A stretch of DNA of 30,220 nt from a virus (taxonomy: Duplodnaviria; Caudoviricetes), in the IMG/VR virus record IMGVR_UViG_3300025890_000087, positions 1 through 30,220 of that record. One strand, given 5' to 3'. The position numbers and the translations under genes are program-made. Below, piece after piece: positions 8,462 through 16,367 of this stretch (position 1 is its first letter; each line of letters starts with the position of its first letter). Below the pieces are notes generated by a model. It did not search any database, was not told the origin of the DNA, and saw nothing but the letters and a program-made list of their open reading frames with translations.

Positions 8462-9996
8462 TGACAGGTTTTAAATCGTTCTCGGACTATTTAGTGGAGG
8501 AAACCAAAGAAGTAGTTTTTACATTTGGTCGTTTTAACCCTCCAACTGTTGGTCATGAAAAACTTATTGCTAAAGTAGCTTCTGTTGCTAAGGGTAATAA
8601 CTACCGCGTCTATGCATCACAATCATCTGACCCCAAAAAGAATCCTCTTGACTACGCTACCAAGATTAAAGTTATGCGTAAGATGTTTCCTAAGCACGGC
8701 CGTAACATTATCTTAGATAAGAATGTTAAGAATGCTCTAGAGGTATTAGTTCAGCTATACGATCAAGGATTCACTAAAGTAACAATGGTAGTTGGATCTG
8801 ATCGCGTTAATGAGTTTACTGCACTTACCAATAAGTACAACGGACAAAAGCTACGTCATGGCTTCTATAACTTTGAAGATGGCGTCAACGTTGTATCAGC
8901 AGGCGAACGTGACCCAGATGCAGAAGGTGTTGAAGGCATGTCTGCTTCTAAGATGCGCGCTGCTGCAGCTGATAACGACTTTACTTCTTTCTCTCAAGGA
9001 CTACCTACGTCCTTTAAAGGCGGAAAAGATCTCTTTAATTCTATTCGTAAAGGAATGGGTATTAATGAAGCTTCTGACTTTACCAAGCATATCCAGCTAG
9101 AAACAGTCTCTGAAGAGCGTGAAGCTTACGTTCAGGGTGATTTATTTTCTGTTGGTGACATTGTCTCTATTAAAGAATCAGAAGAGGTTGGTGAGATAAC
9201 TATGCTCGGTGCTAACTACGTTATTGTAGAAATGGCAGACGGCAAAAAGTTACGTAAATGGTTATCTTCTGTTGACCTTATCGAATCAGCCCCTACTGAA
9301 ATAGACGAAGACTGGTTTACTACGCTGATTGGCAAATATACAAATGCTAAAGGCTATAAGGTAGCAGCAGAGATACTCCAAAAGATTGTAGATCGTAAGA
9401 AAAAAGAAGGTTCTCTCCGCCACGACATTAACTGGTACGCAGCTAAGGTAGCTGATCAGGTTCGTGGTGTAGATGCTCGTACACTTGGAAAGATGGTTAC
9501 TGAGAAGACTCGCAAGGTTATACAGGATCCCGATATTGAAGATAGAGAGGGATCACAGACTAAAAGATTCTTTACAGGATTAAAGAAATCCACTAAGGTT
9601 GATCGCGACAAAGAGTTCCAGAAAAGAAAAGACCTAGATGACGACGATCCAGCTGGCTATAAGCCAATACCTGGCGATGCTAAGTCTAAGACTAAGCCTT
9701 CACAACACACTAAAAAGTTTAAACAGATGTATGGTGAAGACCTATCATTTGATGAGAGTAAAAGCTCTGTAGAGACTACTCTACGCAAAAAAGCAGATCA
9801 ATCCGGTATGCCATACAGTATTCTTAAGCAAGTATACAACCGCGGTTTAGCAGCTTGGAAGGTAGGACATAGACCAGGAGCAACTCCAGCACAATGGGGT
9901 ATGGCTCGAGTTAACGCGTTCGCAACCAAGGGTGAAAAGACCTGGGGTAAATACGATTCAGATCTAGCAGATAAGGTAAGGGCCAGCAAAAAATGA
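8461..9996 (+). CDS. cytidyltransferase/HIGH-superfamily nucleotidyltransferase fused to several C-terminal modules
   Basis: FGRFNPPTVGH (HIGH-like), KNPL, VVGSDR and MSASKMR (KMSKS-like); C-terminal RGLAAW..GHRPGATPAQWGMARVN module; leader FKSFSDYLVEE. Confidence 0.85.
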   Translation: MTGFKSFSDYLVEETKEVVFTFGRFNPPTVGHEKLIAKVASVAKGNNYRVYASQSSDPKKNPLDYATKIKVMRKMFPKHGRNIILDKNVKNALEVLVQLYDQGFTKVTMVVGSDRVNEFTALTNKYNGQKLRHGFYNFEDGVNVVSAGERDPDAEGVEGMSASKMRAAAADNDFTSFSQGLPTSFKGGKDLFNSIRKGMGINEASDFTKHIQLETVSEEREAYVQGDLFSVGDIVSIKESEEVGEITMLGANYVIVEMADGKKLRKWLSSVDLIESAPTEIDEDWFTTLIGKYTNAKGYKVAAEILQKIVDRKKKEGSLRHDINWYAAKVADQVRGVDARTLGKMVTEKTRKVIQDPDIEDREGSQTKRFFTGLKKSTKVDRDKEFQKRKDLDDDDPAGYKPIPGDAKSKTKPSQHTKKFKQMYGEDLSFDESKSSVETTLRKKADQSGMPYSILKQVYNRGLAAWKVGHRPGATPAQWGMARVNAFATKGEKTWGKYDSDLADKVRASKK

Positions 9997-11513
9997 GCAA
10001 AATACTGAAAGACCTAATGGAAAAAAGAGCAGCTAAAGAGCAAGCTGACGAGCCAGCATCACCTGATGAGTCTGGTATGGCAATGGACCAAGCTAAGTTC
10101 ATTGGCTATGTTTCTAAAGAGATCATGGAGTATCTACAGGGTAACAATGATTTCCCTGAATGGATGCAAAATAAGCTCACAGGCTTCCATGAAAAAGCAA
10201 AAGATATGCATGCTGTAATGGCTGGCAAATATGAGTCAGTTGAAGAATCTCTCCGTAAAGATATTGCTGCAATGTCTGCTAAGTTCCCTGAAGGCAGCAA
10301 AGTACGTATGAAACACGACGGCAAAGTTGCTAAGGTCGTATCAGTAGGTAAAGACTTTGTTAAAGTTGCTGTAGGCAATAAGACAATGGATCATAAGCCT
10401 AGCGAATTAGAATTAGTTTCTGATAGACGTAAAGAATACAATGCATATCAAAAGTCTAAGCGCAACGAAGAACTTGAAGAAGCAAATTATCAAGTAAAAG
10501 CTGGTAAACATGCCATAGGTTCTGCAAGCTATGACGATAAAGAGATCGTTACTGTAACACCACAACAAGCAAAGAAACTTACTGCATACTTCCAAAAAAA
10601 TAAAGACGGTGATATGTGGAAGAAGTTATTCCAAGGCGGTGGTCGTGGTGGCAAGGGTGCTGAAAATCAAAAAGACTTTGATTCAATGGTTGCTGGTTTA
10701 AAAGAATCTACAGAGCTTGACGAAGCAAAAGTAACCGATGCACAGATACACAAAGTGCTTGGACCAACTAAGAATGCTAAACAAGGCATTGAAGCCTTAA
10801 AGAAAGCATTTAAGGTTAATGACAAAGAAGCAGAAGCGCTAATGCAACGCGTTCTTGATGAAGCAAACCGTGGATCAGATTCGTACAGAGTTAAGTACAA
10901 AGGCGACATTAACACCGTTCGTGCTGATAGTCCAGAAGACGCGCTGAAAAAGTCTATGAAGGCTTTTGGTATTGGTTCAATGAACAAAAAAGACTACATG
11001 AAAAATGCATCTGCAATTTCAGAAGCTGTAAATTTTCACGTACGTATGGATCACCTAAAAGACCAGGAATCAAAGAAGGTTGTTGCTATCTTACAAAAAG
11101 CTGAAAAGTCTGGCTCTATTAAGTACAAAGGCGAATCAGACAAAGGCATATCGTTTTCTGCTAAATCCGAGCCTGCTGTTAATACTGTTACTAAAGATAT
11201 AGCTAAGGTATCTCGTGTAGCTGATGTAGATATTATGGAAAAGCTCGAGGTTTCAGATGGTCTTGATCAATGGATCAAAGACTTCCAAGCATCGGATGCA
11301 CCCCAGTTTGCAGATCAGTCCAAAGAAGAGATTCGCAATATGGCTATCGCAGCATATCTAGCTGCTAAGAAAAGAGCTAAAGAAACTAAAGAATCTACTA
11401 AAGCTTATGGCAAATCGATGGATGATATAAAGAAAAAGAATATATCCAGTAAAGACAAAAATACCTTAAGTAAACTTGCTGATTTAATGGCAAAAGAAAA
11501 AGGTAAAAAATGA
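9993..11513 (+). CDS. multi-module protein with repeated L/I-x-E|A sites (candidate internal polyprotein)
   Basis: Sites LME10, VEE85, LEE163, LDE244, LDE290, ISE344 and IME416 separate 46-90 aa basic segments. Confidence 0.7.
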   Translation: MSKILKDLMEKRAAKEQADEPASPDESGMAMDQAKFIGYVSKEIMEYLQGNNDFPEWMQNKLTGFHEKAKDMHAVMAGKYESVEESLRKDIAAMSAKFPEGSKVRMKHDGKVAKVVSVGKDFVKVAVGNKTMDHKPSELELVSDRRKEYNAYQKSKRNEELEEANYQVKAGKHAIGSASYDDKEIVTVTPQQAKKLTAYFQKNKDGDMWKKLFQGGGRGGKGAENQKDFDSMVAGLKESTELDEAKVTDAQIHKVLGPTKNAKQGIEALKKAFKVNDKEAEALMQRVLDEANRGSDSYRVKYKGDINTVRADSPEDALKKSMKAFGIGSMNKKDYMKNASAISEAVNFHVRMDHLKDQESKKVVAILQKAEKSGSIKYKGESDKGISFSAKSEPAVNTVTKDIAKVSRVADVDIMEKLEVSDGLDQWIKDFQASDAPQFADQSKEEIRNMAIAAYLAAKKRAKETKESTKAYGKSMDDIKKKNISSKDKNTLSKLADLMAKEKGKK

Positions 11514-12028
11514 GAGACTTTTCGTCTTACTTAAACTTCGAGTATCATCTAGAGAAGGGAATACCCTTGCACGAGAACGTGTTTAGGGTAGGTTCCGAAG
11601 CATACTATGCTATATTTCTAGAGGCTCGAGAGCGTATGCGATTTGGCTCTTATATCCCTGAAGGTATCGATAAAGATATCTTAGATACGGATATTGGTCT
11701 ATATGATATGTACGAAGGCAATCATATACCTCTTGACTGCCCAATGATGTACGAGGAAAAAGACGTAGAGCTTAATTCCCCCAAGCGCGGCGGTAATAAG
11801 AAGTTTTATGTCTACGTTAAGAATGATAAGGGTAACGTTGTTAAGGTATCCTTTGGTCAACCTGGTATGTCTGTAAACATAGACGATCCTGATGCTCGTG
11901 CATCTTTTGCAGCTAGACATCAGTGTGATCAAAAGAAAGATAAAACCAAGCCAGGTTATTGGGCTTGTAGATTACCGTATTATGCTAAGCAGCTCGGTTT
12001 ATCTGGGGGTGGAAACTTCTTTTGGTAA
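11510..12028 (+). CDS. conserved phage protein, two modules
   Basis: Leader MRDFSSYLNFE; C-terminal KKFYVYVKN..GNVVKVSFG...SFAARHQC...YWAC module. Confidence 0.8.
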   Translation: MRDFSSYLNFEYHLEKGIPLHENVFRVGSEAYYAIFLEARERMRFGSYIPEGIDKDILDTDIGLYDMYEGNHIPLDCPMMYEEKDVELNSPKRGGNKKFYVYVKNDKGNVVKVSFGQPGMSVNIDDPDARASFAARHQCDQKKDKTKPGYWACRLPYYAKQLGLSGGGNFFW

Positions 12029-12288
12029 AACCGTACGTTGAGCATAATGGTATCCGCGTATTTCCTATAGACGTCTCAGAAGAAGATCTGGTCTGGCATA
12101 GGGATAAAGAAGACAGAACTATTAAGGTTCTGGAAGGATCAGGCTGGAAGTTTCAATACGATAACAGCTTGCCATTTGAGCTAAAGTTAAAAGATGAAGT
12201 CACCATTCGAGAAATGGTATATCATAGGCTAATCAAGGGAATATCACCCTTGAAAATAGAAATAATTAGAGGATCAAATGTCAACTAA
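12022..12288 (+). CDS. small cupin-like protein
   Basis: LVWHRDKEDR ... YHRLIKG beta-barrel motif; TTG start uncertain. Confidence 0.6.
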   Translation: MVKPYVEHNGIRVFPIDVSEEDLVWHRDKEDRTIKVLEGSGWKFQYDNSLPFELKLKDEVTIREMVYHRLIKGISPLKIEIIRGSNVN

Positions 12289-12607
12289 AAGACCAACAGC
12301 TGCTGAAGCAATAACCCAGATACAAGAGCATATTAGCAGGGATGAAGGCAGATTAGATCGTATTGAAAGTAAAATCGATAAGCTAGCAGAAACTATGGTT
12401 TCACTCGCTCGTGCTGAGGAAAAGCTAATCTCTCTAGAAACGGATCGTATTACTATTGCTGAAAGATTAAATAAACATTCTGATAGAATAGATAAAGTAG
12501 AAAGTAAAGTAGAAAAAAACGAAGGCACTCTCAGCATAATAGGCAGGGTGTTTTGGATTTGTTTAACCGCATTTGTCGGCGCAGCTGCCGTACAATATTT
12601 TATTTAA
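12278..12607 (+). CDS. coiled-coil protein with C-terminal TM helix
   Basis: Heptad-rich body with a hydrophobic C-terminus; GAGG SD. Confidence 0.7.
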   Translation: MSTKRPTAAEAITQIQEHISRDEGRLDRIESKIDKLAETMVSLARAEEKLISLETDRITIAERLNKHSDRIDKVESKVEKNEGTLSIIGRVFWICLTAFVGAAAVQYFI

Positions 12608-12622
12608 TAAGGAAATAAAAAA

Positions 12623-13054
12623 ATGTCTAAGTATGATAATAATCCGGTAGCTGCAGCATATGTGGCAATGTACGAAAAGAAAGTAGTAGAGCGCGCATCA
12701 TGGGTTCCTGAGGAAATCACTGATGAAGGCGCAGCTGAGTTTATGGGTGCTGCTGCTAACGCTGCTAAGAAAGGCGACAAGACCTTTAAGTTTGGTGATA
12801 AAGAGTATAAGGTCACCATGAAGAAAGATACTGTTGATGCTATCACTAAAAAAGAAAGCGTCAAAGAAGAAGACGAAGTTAAAGTGTGCGAAGAGTGCGG
12901 CAAAGTTCACGAAGGTGCTTGCGAATCAGTCGATAAGAAAGAAATGGACGAAGTTAGCGAGCCAGAAGCAAAAGGCGAGAAAGACTTTAAAGATATGCAC
13001 ACTAAGAACACCAAGAAATCTGGTGAAAAAGACGACGGTACAGTCACTAAGTAA
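12623..13054 (+). CDS. hypothetical charged protein, possibly internal head protein
   Basis: AAGGA SD; AAANAAKKGDKTFKFGDKEYKV module and C..CGKVH..AC. Confidence 0.75.
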   Translation: MSKYDNNPVAAAYVAMYEKKVVERASWVPEEITDEGAAEFMGAAANAAKKGDKTFKFGDKEYKVTMKKDTVDAITKKESVKEEDEVKVCEECGKVHEGACESVDKKEMDEVSEPEAKGEKDFKDMHTKNTKKSGEKDDGTVTK

Positions 13055-13109
13055 GACAACTAAACCATGGCACAATATAGCGTATGTTAGTAGATAACGA
13101 GGTATAAAA

Positions 13110-13349
13110 ATGGCTACAAAAACAGGTTACTTAAAAGACTCAATTGCTAAAGCAACTGGTTACTATTCGGTCAAAGGCGAAAAGCTTAAAGGAGCAGCCT
13201 TAACTCAGGAAGAGCAAGATACATGGAATGGCGTTGCTAAAAAAGCTGCTGAGCCCGTAGTAGAAGCAGTGGAAGAGTCTAAAGAAGAAGAAGTAGAGCA
13301 TATTAAAAAGAGTAAGAAGAAAAAAGGCTTATTCTCAAAAGGCAGCTAA
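13110..13349 (+). CDS. hypothetical protein
   Basis: GAGG SD; codon usage typical of neighbouring genes. Confidence 0.7.
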   Translation: MATKTGYLKDSIAKATGYYSVKGEKLKGAALTQEEQDTWNGVAKKAAEPVVEAVEESKEEEVEHIKKSKKKKGLFSKGS

Positions 13350-13357
13350 AAATCTTT

Positions 13358-13365
13358 AATAAATA
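13358..13365 (+). promoter_or_regulatory. possible late promoter overlapping an inverted repeat
   Basis: AATAAATA followed by aataaagt...actttatt. Confidence 0.45.
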
Positions 13366-13400
13366 AAGTTGTAAAAAAAGACTTTATTGATTGGGGATGT

Positions 13401-13769
13401 ATGAAGCTATTTGAAACTTTGAATGATAATAATTTTCTTCTGTATGCTGCACAGAACTACAGTAACAACCAGTGTGTAGATGCAGAAGAATTTTATGATG
13501 ATCTAAACAGATTTAAGTATATTAAGAGGCTAATAAGTAGATACAATCAAACTGGAGAAATCCAGGAGAGACTACTTATTAATCATATCGTAGTAATCTT
13601 TAATCTTTTTGGTATTGAAGCTGCTAAGAGAATGATGTGGTATAGGATTAAAGAAGAAGACTGGCCAATTGTTAAACCAGTAATGCTTTATCTAAACTAT
13701 ATTACAGAATCAGACAAAATAGACGTTGGTCTAGATCCACTTATCGTAGAGAGATTAAGAAACATATGA
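13401..13769 (+). CDS. conserved T4-like hypothetical protein
   Basis: LNDNNFLLYA..NY.N..C...EEFYDDLNRFKYIKRL...ERLLINH pattern, recognised from T4-like marine phages. Confidence 0.8.
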   Translation: MKLFETLNDNNFLLYAAQNYSNNQCVDAEEFYDDLNRFKYIKRLISRYNQTGEIQERLLINHIVVIFNLFGIEAAKRMMWYRIKEEDWPIVKPVMLYLNYITESDKIDVGLDPLIVERLRNI

Positions 13770-14353
13770 GCATTGTATCCAGAACAGGTGATTTATTCTA
13801 TGCTTATAGATTCATTAAGCTTCTCGTTACCCCGTGGGAAAAGACTGAAGCTTATAAACTAGGCATTGTTGACGAAGATGGCAAGAATCTTAAAAAAAGT
13901 TCTCAGCTATCAACACCAGACGAGAAATCTGCATACACTGTATTCCATCGACTAGTCTTTAATATTAAGAGACTAATGAATAAGTTACCGTTTGGTAGAA
14001 GCAAGTTAGCATCTTGGGCAACTGCTCTCTTTCTTATTAAGGAAGAAACTGGCATGAGCGAAAAAGCCATTATGAAAGTATTAGATAAGGTAGACGTTAA
14101 CTTTGATGATACGCTGTCAGAGTCTACCTGGTACATGAATGAGAATAATGTTTTGCATCCAGGTGTATATACGTTACAGTATGATGTTGTGTCTCCTCTT
14201 ACTGGGGAAACTATAGGCGTAAAGAATTCTAAGATCCGGGTTCATGAAGACTGTATACCAATTGGGGAATCGATTGGAACCCCGATATACGAAGTAACCC
14301 ATATTAAAACTAAGCAAAAAGTATATGTTAACCCAGGAGAAATAAAAAGATGA
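13766..14353 (+). CDS. conserved T4-like hypothetical protein
   Basis: YRFIKLLVTPWEKTEAYKLGIVD..G ... YTVFHRLVFNIKR. Confidence 0.8.
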   Translation: MSIVSRTGDLFYAYRFIKLLVTPWEKTEAYKLGIVDEDGKNLKKSSQLSTPDEKSAYTVFHRLVFNIKRLMNKLPFGRSKLASWATALFLIKEETGMSEKAIMKVLDKVDVNFDDTLSESTWYMNENNVLHPGVYTLQYDVVSPLTGETIGVKNSKIRVHEDCIPIGESIGTPIYEVTHIKTKQKVYVNPGEIKR

Positions 14354-14883
14354 AAACTTTAAGAAGCTTTTTAGAGCAATATGAAAAAGATGTAAAAGAA
14401 AAAGCTTATCGATTAGCTGGGGATACCCATACTCAAGTTGGTGGGCAGTTAGCTCAACTCTTTAAGAAGCATATGGAAAGGGAAAAGCTTCCTAGCGAAA
14501 GCGACGTACAAAAAAAATGGAAGGCATGGTATTCCCGTGACGGTGTTAAGCATATTAAGGCTTATGTAGAAAAAGCTGTAAAAGCCGCTCACAAAAATAC
14601 AGAAGGCCTTGTTTATATTGGCTCCAATGGTTTAAATATAACCTGGGAAGAGGAAAGAATAGGCTCAGTATATAATGTTAAAATGTCTTCTGAATTTCTT
14701 ATATACGTTCAATTTGCTGACGATGTTGATTCAGTAAAGGCAATGAGAAAAATGAAAGGATTTGGTCGAAACAGCATAATTAATCCTAATAAGCTAGATA
14801 ATATTCTAGGCCGCTCGGATAAGGGTATCCAGACTCTAGAACTTAGGGAATCGCCATTTCTTCTTCAGTTTGACGACAAATAG
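14350..14883 (+). CDS. hypothetical protein with capsid-targeting-like leader
   Basis: N-terminus MKTLRSFLEQ; ATGA coupling. Confidence 0.7.
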   Translation: MKTLRSFLEQYEKDVKEKAYRLAGDTHTQVGGQLAQLFKKHMEREKLPSESDVQKKWKAWYSRDGVKHIKAYVEKAVKAAHKNTEGLVYIGSNGLNITWEEERIGSVYNVKMSSEFLIYVQFADDVDSVKAMRKMKGFGRNSIINPNKLDNILGRSDKGIQTLELRESPFLLQFDDK

Positions 14884-14894
14884 AGAGTAGTTAA

Positions 14895-15089
14895 ATGAAG
14901 TCTTTTAAGGATCATCTGGACGAAGTCGCTGCAAATTCAGCAGGAAGCGGTGGGGTAGATATGAACCCAACTGGATACTCCAAAGCTGATAAAAGAAAGA
15001 AAGATGGTATAGAAGCTATGTATCGCAGATCTTTGGGACTAACTCCTATTAAAAAAATGATAGAGAAAAGGAAAAACAATAATGGCTGA
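14895..15089 (+). CDS. small protein with capsid-targeting-like leader
   Basis: N-terminus MKSFKDHLDE|VAANS. Confidence 0.7.
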   Translation: MKSFKDHLDEVAANSAGSGGVDMNPTGYSKADKRKKDGIEAMYRRSLGLTPIKKMIEKRKNNNG

Positions 15090-15294
15090 CTTAAAAAAAT
15101 ACTCTCGAGAACTTGATATATCAAATGGCATGGGAATTCCTGCGCACGATTATATCGGTAATACATACGATCTATCAGCTAATTTAATCGGCGTTGAATA
15201 CAAGCTTGGCGGAGCGTCAGGCGCTACTGTTGCTATGCTTGTCTTAACATACGACGTCGATGGAAACTTAGAATCAGTAACGAGGACTTCATAA
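15082..15294 (+). CDS. hypothetical (possibly virion-associated) protein
   Basis: YKLGGASGATVAMLVLTYD..GNL.SV.R beta-rich motif. Confidence 0.65.
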   Translation: MADLKKYSRELDISNGMGIPAHDYIGNTYDLSANLIGVEYKLGGASGATVAMLVLTYDVDGNLESVTRTS

Positions 15295-15533
15295 TGTCTT
15301 GGAAATTTAATCCATTTACCGGTAAATTGCAGGAAGTAGGTGATGGTGAGGTAACCCAACAAACTGTTAACAACTTTATTGATCAGTCTACCACAATTGC
15401 AAATATTCAAGATGGATCTGGATGGACTTTGCCTGGTCCGTATACTAATGAAGCCGGAGCTGCTTCAGGCGGTGTCGCAATAGGTCAAGCATATTACGAC
15501 AATGGTGGAACAGTTAGGGTAAGGCTGACTTAA
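15294..15533 (+). CDS. hypothetical (possibly virion fibre-like) protein
   Basis: KFNPFTGKL N-terminus and Y.NEA.AASGGVAIGQAYY C-terminal motif. Confidence 0.65.
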   Translation: MSWKFNPFTGKLQEVGDGEVTQQTVNNFIDQSTTIANIQDGSGWTLPGPYTNEAGAASGGVAIGQAYYDNGGTVRVRLT

Positions 15534-15535
15534 TC

Positions 15536-15925
15536 GTGTTTAAACTCTATATGTTTGTAATAATACTTGGTATCGTTGGAGGAGCAGTCTACGGAGCTAG
15601 GTATTACTATGAATCAACACAGGCTACTATTCGCCAATTGTCTGCAGAGAAAGCTATTCTTGATCAAGCTGTAGAAAGACAAACTGCTGCTATGGAAGAA
15701 ATGCAAGCAACTGCTGCTAAGCAGAATGAACTAAATCAAGCTCTTCAGGCAGAACTACAAGAAGCTGAAAGCGGACTGGACGAAATTCGCTCTAAGCTAT
15801 CAAGCCATGACCTTACAAAGCTAGTATTAGCTAGACCCGGCCTAATAGAAACAAGGATAAACAATGGAACAAGTGAAGCGTTTAGGCTTTTTGAGTCTGA
15901 CACTGCTCGCCCTGTCGCTGAATAG
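15536..15925 (+). CDS. putative inner-membrane spanin (Rz-like)
   Basis: N-terminal TM helix followed by a long coiled coil; overlaps a lipoprotein gene. Confidence 0.65.
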   Translation: MFKLYMFVIILGIVGGAVYGARYYYESTQATIRQLSAEKAILDQAVERQTAAMEEMQATAAKQNELNQALQAELQEAESGLDEIRSKLSSHDLTKLVLARPGLIETRINNGTSEAFRLFESDTARPVAE

Positions 15926-16277
15926 CTGTAGCATATTCCCAGACTTTGATGATGAGCCAAGAATAGTAACAGTCACTGAGACTGTATATCCTGTTATACC
16001 TCTCCAAACAAGTCCTAAGCCTATTAGTTTAAACGACGTTGAATTCTATGTTGTATCTGATAAGAATGTTGATGAATTCTTAGAAAGATTCGTAGAAGAA
16101 AATGGATCTTTAGCATTTGTTGCTATGACTGTTAAAGGGTATGAAAGCCTCTCGATAAACCTGCAAGAGCTACGCAGGTATATACTTCAGCAAAAGCAGA
16201 TAATTCTATACTACGAAAAGTCTGTCACCTTCGATGATAAAAAAGAAGAAAATACCGCGGAAAATACCTCCAAATAA
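15864..16277 (+). CDS. putative outer-membrane spanin lipoprotein (Rz1-like)
   Basis: Signal peptide with lipobox LNSC, a Pro-rich segment, and 62-nt overlap with the upstream TM/coiled-coil gene. Confidence 0.65.
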   Translation: MEQVKRLGFLSLTLLALSLNSCSIFPDFDDEPRIVTVTETVYPVIPLQTSPKPISLNDVEFYVVSDKNVDEFLERFVEENGSLAFVAMTVKGYESLSINLQELRRYILQQKQIILYYEKSVTFDDKKEENTAENTSK

Positions 16278-16280
16278 GGG

Positions 16281-16309
16281 TATACAAATCTTCTGTTTTA
16301 ATATATAAT
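16281..16309 (+). promoter_or_regulatory. sigma70-type promoter upstream of nrdA
   Basis: GGG-TATACA-17bp-TATAAT. Confidence 0.75.
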
Positions 16310-16367
16310 AGTACACTATATAAACTTAAAAGACCGTCCTGGTCTTAATGATGTAGGATACAAGCGA

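Noticed and set aside
16311-16328. NrdR box upstream of nrdA (acactatataaac)
   Set aside because: Only the left half resembles the palindromic consensus, and the AT-rich context makes chance likely.
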